Source of the DNA: Terrimicrobiaceae bacterium
Lineage (GTDB): Bacteria; Verrucomicrobiota; Verrucomicrobiia; Chthoniobacterales; Terrimicrobiaceae
Direction of reading: 5' to 3'
NCBI GenBank assembly: GCA_041752695.1
Contig: JBGSVZ010000101.1
Span: forward strand, 17,856-81,855
Length of the DNA: 64,000 nucleotides
A model generated the notes under the pieces. That model searched no databases and was not told where the DNA came from. It saw only the letters and a list, made by a program, of their open reading frames with translations. How positions within the stretch are numbered: position 1 is the stretch's first letter; each line of letters begins with the position of its first letter. A program made the translations under genes and the position numbers. This document shows positions 1 to 8,273 of the stretch, one piece after another.

Positions 1-3000
1 AGGGTGACCGCTTCGCCAGCGGGCACGACCGCCGCCGCGTAGGTGAGCTTGGCGATGTTGTGTTGGCGGACCTTCGTCGCGGTGGCGGCAAAATTCAGCG
101 CGCACAGAACCACTCCGCCGGCCACGAGGAATCCGAGAAGGGTTTTCCATGTGACGCTGCTGCGGAGTAAAAATCCCGCGAGCGCGACGGCGAGAAGCAA
201 CAGAATAGTGGAACCCGCTGCCCGCTCGGAGAGCCACTCGAAGCCGGTCTCCGTGAGCACCGGGACGGTGAGTTGGGCGGTGCCGCCCTTGGGGACGAGG
301 AGCTGTCCGGGGTCACCGGTGACGGTCCATTCGCTAATAACCGTGGTCGACAGGGCCTTGGGGGAACTGAGGATCGGCGAGCGGGCGTGTTTGGCGGTCT
401 GGCCAAGGCGCAGCACGACCTCGACAGGTTCGTTGGGGTTCAGCTTGGGCGGGAGCGGAATGAGGGTTTGCTCGCCGTCCACCTGGGCGTTGACGATCTG
501 TTGATCGGCGTGGGCCTCCCAGAGTTTCACATCGGCGGGCAGCACGATGCGCAGGGCCTTGCGTCCGCGGGTTTTCACGAAATACCGCGCATCCGTCACG
601 ACCTGGCCATCGCGGGAAATGCGGCTGGAGAGTTTTGCGAAATCCACGAGCTGGTCCACGGTTTCCGCCGGGGCATACCATTTGATGTCCATTTCCATTT
701 CGAACGGCCGCGCGGTGTACTGATAAACCGCGAGGGAGGGGGAGGTGGTGAGTAGGCGGAACTCCGCGGGGAGTTCGAGGGGTTCCAGCTTTAACAAAGC
801 GCCCTCAGCCTTGAGGACTTGAGATTTCACCTGTAGCGGACTGACCACTTGCAAAAACCCGCGCTCGCCCTGCACGCCGAGCGGATGCACTTCACCGGGT
901 TTGATGGTTCCTCCGCGGGCGCTCATGGGTTGCTCAAATGTGACGAGCAGCGTGGCGGCCCCAAGAACGGCTTGGTGAAGCGAGACGATGATCTGATTGC
1001 CCTCACGGCGCCAGTCGCGGCGGACGTTCTGGCCGACGACATCAATGTTTCCCGCGGACTCCGGCACTTCGATCCGCCATTCGCTGGATGGCGCGCCCAC
1101 GACGAAATAGTTAAAAAGCACGCTCCCATAAACCACCCCTTCCTTAAGGGAGTAGAGGTGGAAAACATCCGCCTGCACGCTCTGGCCAAGGGCCTCGACG
1201 TTCAGCGTGGCCGACCAGTCGGCTTCACGCTGACGGAAGGCCTGCTGGAGGCCGGGAATTTGATTGGGGAAATAGCTAAGGGGCATTTCGACGAGCTTTT
1301 CCATTTTGCCTGGAAGGATGCGGAAGCCGGGTGTGGAGACGACACCGATGTGGCCGCGCACGGATTTGGCCCCGGGATAGGAGAGCGGCGGCAGGATCCA
1401 CGCGCCCGCGGCGGCGGCCTGGTTTTTTTCGAGGCGCAGACGGATCAATTGCCGGCCTTCGACAGCGGTGTTGAAGAGGATTTTCAAAACGCGAAGCCCA
1501 TCCTTGGTTTCGGTCTCCGCGACATAATCGGCGACGCTACCGCCATTGGCGGCCACCACAGCGTAATCCTCGGGGATCTGGAGGGACCATTCGCGCAGCG
1601 GGGCCTCGCGGATGTCGAGTTCGAGGTCAGCGGTGATCACGCGGTCGGTATCGGCGAGTTTGTAGAGGAGGATTTGCGAGACACCGACCTCGGCAAGAAT
1701 CTGATTTGCTACGATCCGATAGGCGTAGCTCGCGGAGGGAAAACGATAGACAAAAACCTGCCGGGTACCGGGTTCCACGGCGGTGCCGGGAAACTGCGCC
1801 GGGGCCAATTGCATCATGCCCGCGACATCGGCCACTTCGAGGCGGACGGCACCGTCATTGGCCACGCGCACATAACCCGAGTGGCGCACGCCGCCTTCGG
1901 GGGTGAGGCGCAGCGGTTCGGCCTTCACGGGAAAATTGCCGAGTGGAGACTGACTGCGCACAATAATCGCACCGCTTTTTTCCAAAGGCCGGCTGAGACG
2001 AACGTCCAGGGCGCGTTGTTTGCCGTCGGGCACGACTTTCCAACCCAGAACGTTGGTGCCTTCCACGCCGAGGATCTCCCCAGGGCCGTCGAGTCTCAAA
2101 CGAATGCTAGGCAATTTTCCCTGCAGCACGCGGAAGTCAATTTTCGAAGTCTGGCGGAGCAAACCGGCCCCCACGCGGACATCGCTTTGTTCGTGGCTGG
2201 TGAAGGAGAGCGTGCCGACACTCGAGTCGCGCGACTGCCGCCAGCCAACGGAAGCATCGCCGTCGGCGGCAACGAATCCCTTGCGGGACGTGGCATCGGG
2301 AACGACGGGCGCACTGGGATTAAAAGCCACTTCTTTGGCCAGCCCCTCGATCACCATGGGCACAACCGCTCCGGCGGGCATGCGGAAGTCCAGGGACTTC
2401 CATTCGCCGTCGCGCAGTGCGGCCACCAAGCTAATATCCAGGGGAAACGCGCCGGTGCGGTCGAAGACCAGCTCGGTGCGGCCATCCTTCAATTCGACAT
2501 GCCAGCCGTCACCGGAGGCCGTGTCGGACAACGCCGCCCGCCCGGAGAGCAGGGGCAGCCTTGCCCCGACTGTGCGCACGCGGGCTTCGCCGCGCAGTTG
2601 AAAACGCACGCAGCCGGCTTCTTCGTCGAGTTTTCCGGTGAGGGAGGCTCCGACCAGGTCAGCATCTGCGATAGCCGCGCCCCGCTGGATGAGCAGGACT
2701 TCGAGGATGGCCTCGGTGGTTCCGTAAAACTGCTGGTCGCCATGGGGCTTGGGGGCCGGACCGAGGGGAACGAGGCCATCGGCGCGGGTCACTCGCACGT
2801 CCACCGCGTCGCCGGGAGTGAGTTTGATTTGGGAGGCAAAACCGACCGCCTCACCCGGGGTGAGAACCGGCAGGGTGACGGAGCCGGGGATCTTGGGCTT
2901 GGGAACTCTGGTCTTCACCGCCAGATTGAGTTGGGCTGGCCCGGGCTGACCGTCCGTGAGGGTTGGACGCAGGTCGAGGAACCGCTTTCCGTCGGCCTGC

Positions 3001-3344
3001 CGCACCGACCAATCGCGGAGGCCGTCCCCGGTGACGCCCGTCACTTCCGCGTCGCCGTTGAGGCCCAGCGTGATGACCTCGGGGCGTCCCTGCACGACAC
3101 GGACGGCCAACTGAGTGAGTCCCGCGATTTCCTCTCCGCCGAGACGGAAGACGGTGTCCGCCGTTGCGGAGAAAAAGAGCGGGGATTCGGGCGGGACGCC
3201 GCGCGCTTCCACGATGAGGTGGCCATTCTCGGGGGCGAGTTGCGCGGAAACGCTGGCGCGATCCGCACCGGCTTCATTTTGGGAAAACGCGGCACTTGGT
3301 AAGAGGGCGATCCCGGTCGCGAGAAGAGATAGGAGGGTTTTCAT
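1..3344 (-). CDS. Giant exported/membrane protein with repeated beta-rich modules (partial, runs off the left edge; over 1100 aa visible)
   Basis: Absent from the ORF track because it is truncated. Manual translation from ATG 3344 gives MKTLLSLLATGIALLPSAAFSQ (signal peptide). Checked segments at ~2900, ~2100 and ~1050 are in frame. Hydrophobic segments near 80-210. Lies directly downstream of the VWA gene. Confidence 0.85.
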   Translation of the reverse strand, partial: MKTLLSLLATGIALLPSAAFSQNEAGADRASVSAQLAPENGHLIVEARGVPPESPLFFSATADTVFRLGGEEIAGLTQLAVRVVQGRPEVITLGLNGDAEVTGVTGDGLRDWSVRQADGKRFLDLRPTLTDGQPGPAQLNLAVKTRVPKPKIPGSVTLPVLTPGEAVGFASQIKLTPGDAVDVRVTRADGLVPLGPAPKPHGDQQFYGTTEAILEVLLIQRGAAIADADLVGASLTGKLDEEAGCVRFQLRGEARVRTVGARLPLLSGRAALSDTASGDGWHVELKDGRTELVFDRTGAFPLDISLVAALRDGEWKSLDFRMPAGAVVPMVIEGLAKEVAFNPSAPVVPDATSRKGFVAADGDASVGWRQSRDSSVGTLSFTSHEQSDVRVGAGLLRQTSKIDFRVLQGKLPSIRLRLDGPGEILGVEGTNVLGWKVVPDGKQRALDVRLSRPLEKSGAIIVRSQSPLGNFPVKAEPLRLTPEGGVRHSGYVRVANDGAVRLEVADVAGMMQLAPAQFPGTAVEPGTRQVFVYRFPSASYAYRIVANQILAEVGVSQILLYKLADTDRVITADLELDIREAPLREWSLQIPEDYAVVAANGGSVADYVAETETKDGLRVLKILFNTAVEGRQLIRLRLEKNQAAAAGAWILPPLSYPGAKSVRGHIGVVSTPGFRILPGKMEKLVEMPLSYFPNQIPGLQQAFRQREADWSATLNVEALGQSVQADVFHLYSLKEGVVYGSVLFNYFVVGAPSSEWRIEVPESAGNIDVVGQNVRRDWRREGNQIIVSLHQAVLGAATLLVTFEQPMSARGGTIKPGEVHPLGVQGERGFLQVVSPLQVKSQVLKAEGALLKLEPLELPAEFRLLTTSPSLAVYQYTARPFEMEMDIKWYAPAETVDQLVDFAKLSSRISRDGQVVTDARYFVKTRGRKALRIVLPADVKLWEAHADQQIVNAQVDGEQTLIPLPPKLNPNEPVEVVLRLGQTAKHARSPILSSPKALSTTVISEWTVTGDPGQLLVPKGGTAQLTVPVLTETGFEWLSERAAGSTILLLLAVALAGFLLRSSVTWKTLLGFLVAGGVVLCALNFAATATKVRQHNIAKLTYAAAVVPAGEAVT

Positions 3345-3422
3345 GCGGTGGTATTTGCTTAGACCCGGAGGCCCTTTGATTTGTCAGAGATTTGTAAAAA
3401 GCTTGTCAGACTTTTGTGAAGG

Positions 3423-6400
3423 TCAGCGCTGGACCTGTTCGAACATCTGGAGCAACTCCCGGACGCGGGCCTGATGGGGGTAGTGGCTGCGCAGATTGGT
3501 CACGGCGGGTTTCAAGGCGTCGAGATCCACCTGGGAGTCGCCGCGCAGTTTCTCCGCGAGCAGGGCGGCGGTGGCGGCGAGTTGCAGGGAAGGCGAAGCC
3601 TGGTCAAAGGCGCGGACCTTGGCTTCGTAAGGCATCGTCCAGGAACGTTCGACCATCGTGCCTGTCGCCGGATCGCGGAAGCGGACGAAGACCTCCCCGA
3701 GATCACCTTCGCCTTCAGGGAGGGGTTCCACCTGATACAAGGCGACTCCGGCCTCTTCGGCGGAGAGCTCGGCCGCCTGCACCTTGTCGTTGCGGAAATC
3801 CTCTCGTTTCAAGAGATGTTCTTCGAATCCGATGAGGCGGTATTTGGCCACACGCGCCGGGTTGAAAACGACCTGCACTTTGACGTTCTCCGCCGCGGGA
3901 CGGAAAGCGCCGGCGAGCTGTTTGGCGAAACTTGCGTCGGCGTCTTCGGGTCTGTTGAGGAAATAATACCGTCCGTTGCCCTTGCGGGTGAGGGTTTCCA
4001 GGATTTCGTCGTTTAATCCGATCGCCCCAACCCCGCAGGCGTCGAAGGAAATGCCCTGCTGGCGGGTCTTCTCGATTTGCGTCGCGAGCCGGATGGGATC
4101 CGCGTTGCCTAGGTTGGCCGCACCGTCAGTCAGCAGCACGATGCGGTTTTGCGCGGCGGGGAGTTTGTGTTTGAGGGCCATTTCCGAGGCCAGGGCGAGG
4201 GCCTCTTCCAGATTGGTGCCGCCTTCGGACGGCGTGCGGTCGGCCGCTTCGACGATCTTGCCGGCTTGATCGCCTGGCACTTGCTCCGCGAGAAGTCGTG
4301 GAGTGCGGGCGAAGCCGATGAGCGTGACGCGGTCGTTCGGACCGAGCAGCGTGGTGAGAGTTTGCAAGGCCTGTCGGACGGAAACCGCGCGGTCTTCGCG
4401 CTCCATTGAGCCCGAGGTATCGAGCAGGATCGTGAGGCGCAGGGGCTGTCCGGCGGCGCGTCCGGAGGCGGCGGCTCTGACGGCAATGCGGACGAGATTG
4501 CGCTGTTGGAGGAAGGGATGGGCGCTTTGCTCGATGCGGGCCGCGACCGGCTCGCCCGGGGCGGGGGCGGGATCGTTGTAGTCGAAGGCATTGTAAAATT
4601 CTTCCGGCCGGATGCGGTCCGGTTCGGGCATGTTCCCGTTGGCCAGCGCGTCCCGGGCGAGTTGGAACGACACGTCGCTGACGTGGAGGGAGAAGGTCGA
4701 GACGGGCTGCTTGGTGGTGATGGTTTCGGTGGCTTGAGGGCGGGCCTCCGGCGCGGCCAGGCTGCAATCAACCATCGTCTCAATGAGGTCGAGACTGGAC
4801 TGGGTGTTTTTGACGACCAACTTGTTGCTGCCTTCGATGAAATAGGCGGCAGCCCCGGCAGGAAATGGAATTCCTGAGGATTCGAGGTATTTTCTCGCTC
4901 CCGAACGCTCGGCGACAGTGGAAACCGAACCCGCATCCGTTAGGCCGCCGGCTCCGGGAATTGGCGTTGGATTGGATTCCGGCAAGGCGGGGATGAATCC
5001 CTTTGGGACCTGGTACTCTTTCGTGACCAAAACTTCAGTGGCCACGCTTTGCGGCACCACGGCGACCGCATAGGGCTCGACCTTGAGTTTAAGGTTGGCG
5101 GCCGCCGCCACATAGTTGACCGCAGTTCGCAACGGAATGTCTGTAAGTTCTAGTGTGATTTTTGCGTCCGACTCGACAGCCTCCTCGGGTAAGTTCAGGA
5201 CAATATTGATGCCTTTTTTGGCAGAATCGGCTTCCGTTTTATCCAATGCGGAGGCGCGCTGTTTGAGGAAGTTTAAGGCCTCGCGAACCGTCACATCTTG
5301 GAAGTCGATTCTGGGGATGACGATTTCATCCAGCTTGCGATTGATGGTGGTTGTTCCTCTTTGGTCCAGATGGGGCTGCTCGATTATGGTGGTGTTGCCA
5401 GCATCGAATTTGCGGACGGGAAGCTCCCAGCCTTTGTCAACGGAGCGAAGCATGTCGCCTCGTGATTCGGTGAATGCGCTGGCTGCGTATTTCGTGCGAG
5501 CCTCATTTACGTTCTCCATCCCACGCCGGGCCGCGATGCTATAGGGGTCAATTGCCTGAGCTTGCTCGAAGCGTTTATAGGCAAGGTCGAACCGTCCCGT
5601 CTCGGAGAATGCTTTGCCCTCATCAGTAAGTTGCTTAGCCTGCGCCTGTTGGCGTTCGTCGGTTGGCGTGACGGTCGTTATCGGCGAACCGTAGTTAATG
5701 AACCCATCGAACTCGACTTTTCCGTCCTTGGTGGAGAAGACAGGCTGGTTGACGTTGGCGGACTGCGGAGATGGGGGAGTCTCTGTTCGGGATTCCGGAC
5801 GGAAAACCCGGCCTGCCATTGGAATATCTCCGAGAATAGGAACGGCTTCTTTGTTTGCCTGCGCCACCAGCTGGTCGGAGCCTTCTGTTTCGAGGTTCTT
5901 CCTTATGTTGGCACCTTTTTTGTCTTTGTTCTGTGCCACTTCAACAGGGGAGCCGAAGAGAAGAGCGTCATCCGCGTTGGCGCTCATGGCGGTAGTCCGG
6001 TTTCCAGCGGTGATAGGCGCTTCCCCTGTGACCTGACCTGCGGTGATCTGGTCCACGACTTCCGGGGGGAGAGGTTTTGTTTCGTTCTGCTTTTCCCCAA
6101 GGACGTTGACACCCCGAAACATATACAGGCTGTCCCAGGCTCTCTCGCTCTCCGGTTCAACCGGGCGGTCGACGTCTCTTTGTTCGGCTGGGGCCGCCGC
6201 GGCCCGACGTCGACTTTTCTCGAGGACGCCGCCGTTCCGCGAATCCTTTCCAATGGATTCCTCCTGGGCGAGATCCGTGGATTGGTTGGCGGCTGCATCC
6301 ATTGGCATCGTCTCGGCCATGGACTCAGATGGTTGTTCCAGCGGCTTTACCTCCATGACGTCAGAAGAGAACTTTTTTGCGAATTCGACGGATTCCATGA

Positions 6401-7331
6401 CTTGGCCCTGAGCCATTTGCAGAGGTCCTGTAGCAGCGTCGGCGATTGCCGCGGGCAGGACTGGTGATTCGGCGAGCGCAAGCGTTTCCGCCTGTGGCGT
6501 TGCGGCTGGCACCGGAGCGTTGCCTTTCCATAAAACGATACCGCCGCCTACCTGCCCAGAGCCCGCAAACTCCCCCTGGGGGCCATTGGATTGGCGGGAA
6601 GGATGTGGGTCTTCCTCGTTCGCGGAGATTGCCTGCGCCAATTTTTGGGGTTCCCGGCGTAAATCGGATTCGAAGGATGATGCCTGTCCGGTCGACACCA
6701 CGGTTCCCCCGGAATAGGTGTTGTAGCCGCCTATAGCACCAGTCGAAGGTGTTTGCGCCCCCGCGTCCGTCGAAAGCGTTGAGCCCAACACGATGTCTTC
6801 GGTGGGTATGGGACTGGCCGGCCTGCTGGTTTTGGCCGCAAGCGAGCCAAACAACCAGGAATGGACCGCGCCGCGCTCCTGATCCCAAGCGACGAAGTCA
6901 GACGATTCCACGGGATTCCGGAAAACGGCCACGAAAGAACAGACCGCCAGCACCATCGTCGCCATCACCAGGCAGGCGGCAATGCGGAGGAGGATTTGGG
7001 GTGACCACCGGGCGGAGGTTTGAGGCGTCACCACCGGGATCTTTTTGTCTGGCACGACGGCGGGAATTCCGATGGTCTCGAGAAGTTTTTTGCGGCGTTC
7101 CGGCGAGAGTTGGAACTTGGGGTTCTCGGGGCGGGCGGCCACGCCGACGATGGAATGGACGGCTTCGATGCGACGTTTGAAGATCGCGAGTTCGGGATTT
7201 TCCGCGAGAAGACGTTCCAATTCCGCGGTCTCGAAGGCGGAGGATTCGCCCAGGACTAGGGCCACGACGCGGGCTTCGAGGGCTGGGTCGATCCAAGGTT
7301 GGGGCTGAAGGTTGTTGTCGTCTTTGTTCAT
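3423..7331 (-). CDS. Membrane-anchored anti-sigma-like protein with a mosaic linker, secretin N-terminal domains and a C-terminal YfbK-type VWA module
   Basis: Anti-sigma-like N-terminus (LEARVVALVLGE..ELERLL) and TM segment (LLRIAACLVMATMVLAVCSFVAVF). YfbK motifs STFSLHVSDVSF and IRPEEFYNAFDY, MIDAS DTSGS, GGTN, LLTDG. Start overlaps the sigma stop codon (ATGA). Confidence 0.85.
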   Translation of the reverse strand: MNKDDNNLQPQPWIDPALEARVVALVLGESSAFETAELERLLAENPELAIFKRRIEAVHSIVGVAARPENPKFQLSPERRKKLLETIGIPAVVPDKKIPVVTPQTSARWSPQILLRIAACLVMATMVLAVCSFVAVFRNPVESSDFVAWDQERGAVHSWLFGSLAAKTSRPASPIPTEDIVLGSTLSTDAGAQTPSTGAIGGYNTYSGGTVVSTGQASSFESDLRREPQKLAQAISANEEDPHPSRQSNGPQGEFAGSGQVGGGIVLWKGNAPVPAATPQAETLALAESPVLPAAIADAATGPLQMAQGQVMESVEFAKKFSSDVMEVKPLEQPSESMAETMPMDAAANQSTDLAQEESIGKDSRNGGVLEKSRRRAAAAPAEQRDVDRPVEPESERAWDSLYMFRGVNVLGEKQNETKPLPPEVVDQITAGQVTGEAPITAGNRTTAMSANADDALLFGSPVEVAQNKDKKGANIRKNLETEGSDQLVAQANKEAVPILGDIPMAGRVFRPESRTETPPSPQSANVNQPVFSTKDGKVEFDGFINYGSPITTVTPTDERQQAQAKQLTDEGKAFSETGRFDLAYKRFEQAQAIDPYSIAARRGMENVNEARTKYAASAFTESRGDMLRSVDKGWELPVRKFDAGNTTIIEQPHLDQRGTTTINRKLDEIVIPRIDFQDVTVREALNFLKQRASALDKTEADSAKKGINIVLNLPEEAVESDAKITLELTDIPLRTAVNYVAAAANLKLKVEPYAVAVVPQSVATEVLVTKEYQVPKGFIPALPESNPTPIPGAGGLTDAGSVSTVAERSGARKYLESSGIPFPAGAAAYFIEGSNKLVVKNTQSSLDLIETMVDCSLAAPEARPQATETITTKQPVSTFSLHVSDVSFQLARDALANGNMPEPDRIRPEEFYNAFDYNDPAPAPGEPVAARIEQSAHPFLQQRNLVRIAVRAAASGRAAGQPLRLTILLDTSGSMEREDRAVSVRQALQTLTTLLGPNDRVTLIGFARTPRLLAEQVPGDQAGKIVEAADRTPSEGGTNLEEALALASEMALKHKLPAAQNRIVLLTDGAANLGNADPIRLATQIEKTRQQGISFDACGVGAIGLNDEILETLTRKGNGRYYFLNRPEDADASFAKQLAGAFRPAAENVKVQVVFNPARVAKYRLIGFEEHLLKREDFRNDKVQAAELSAEEAGVALYQVEPLPEGEGDLGEVFVRFRDPATGTMVERSWTMPYEAKVRAFDQASPSLQLAATAALLAEKLRGDSQVDLDALKPAVTNLRSHYPHQARVRELLQMFEQVQR

Positions 7332-7900
7332 GGTTGGCTCCCGTCGATGCCGGCGTGGCGGAGGGCTTCGGCCAGGCCTTTGAGTGCGTGGTGCAGTTTG
7401 TAGCCGACGTTGCTCACGCTGAGTCCGGTGCGGCGGCTGATGTCCTGATATTTAAGGTCGTCATGGTATTTGAGGTGGATGAGGGTTTGATCCTCGGGAG
7501 GGAGTTCGGCCAAAAGCAGTCGCACCATGCCGACGGCTTCGAGGCGGCCGAGGGCAACATCGGGCGGCGTTTCGTTGCCGGCGCTCTCAGGTTCGTCCGT
7601 GGTGGTCTCGCGGGCGTGGTCGCGGAGGTGATTGAGGGCCAGATTCCGGACGCTGCGGTAGAGCCATGGACGCGGATTTTCCACCTGATCCCAGAGTTGG
7701 TGCAGGCGCATAAAGGCCTCTTGCACAAGCTCCTCCGCCACGGATCGCCGGCCGACTAGTCCGATGGCAAAACCGAGGATCGCGCTCTCCTCGGCCTCGA
7801 ACAATGCCGCCAGCGTGCCCTTTTCGAAGGGCAGGGGAAAAGCCACCGGCGCGGAAACGTCGGAAAGCTCTTCGGGAGCGAGGGTGACGGGTTGGATCAT
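7328..7900 (-). CDS. ECF-type RNA polymerase sigma factor
   Basis: Region 2 (AEELVQEAFMRL..WLYRSVRNLALNHLR) and region 4 (YQDISRRTGLSVSNV); 190 aa. Confidence 0.93.
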   Translation of the reverse strand: MIQPVTLAPEELSDVSAPVAFPLPFEKGTLAALFEAEESAILGFAIGLVGRRSVAEELVQEAFMRLHQLWDQVENPRPWLYRSVRNLALNHLRDHARETTTDEPESAGNETPPDVALGRLEAVGMVRLLLAELPPEDQTLIHLKYHDDLKYQDISRRTGLSVSNVGYKLHHALKGLAEALRHAGIDGSQP

Positions 7901-7930
7901 GGTTCGGAGGAACGGACTCCCTCCAAGCTA

Positions 7931-7960
7931 TCAAGACACGCGAGCGATGACTTTCTTAGA
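7931..7960 (-). promoter_or_regulatory. Candidate autoregulatory ECF promoter (CTAAGAAA-N11-CGTGTCT)
   Basis: A similar bipartite motif, CTGACAAA-N12-CGGGTCT, lies upstream of the giant gene (3358-3388, minus strand). Confidence 0.35.
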
Positions 7961-8047
7961 AAATACTTTTAGATTTCGTCCATAGCGACCCTTCAGGCCG
8001 CAGGAAATTGATAACGGTGGACCCAACCCTATCGGGCTGGGCTATGG

Positions 8048-8257
8048 AATTCCCGCACCTTTGGTGCTTTCTAAATCGGGAAACACTTTCGAAGGGCCGG
8101 GAGGCAATTCCCGCACCTTTGGTGCTTTCTGAATCGGGAAACACTTTCGAAGGGCCGGGAGGCAATTCCCGCACCTTTGGTGCTTCTTGAATCGGAAATA
8201 CTCTTGAATGGCCGGTGGGCGATTCCGGCACCCCTGGTGTTCTTCCCGAAAAGCGGG
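8048..8257. repeat. Tandem array of about 3.5 copies of a 58-bp unit
   Basis: Unit AATTCCCGCACCTTTGGTGCTTTCT(A/G)AATCGGGAAACACTTTCGAAGGGCCGGGAGGC starts at 8048, 8106 and 8164, with a degenerate copy at ~8221. Contains the inverted repeat GCACC-TTT-GGTGC. Confidence 0.92.
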
Positions 8258-8273
8258 CGTGCGGGAAAAAAGC

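Noticed and set aside
849..3302. 817-aa plus-strand ORF
   Set aside because: Antisense shadow of the real minus-strand gene, which has a signal peptide and a coherent protein sequence.
4765..5850. A functional secretin (GspD/PilQ) gene
   Set aside because: Only N-domains and short scrambled motifs are present; there is no barrel, and they lie inside a TM-anchored VWA protein.
8048..8257. CRISPR array, or the repeat-encoded ORFs 7956-8231 and 8008-8190
   Set aside because: The whole 58-bp unit repeats with no unique spacers and no cas genes are in the window; the unit is not a multiple of 3.
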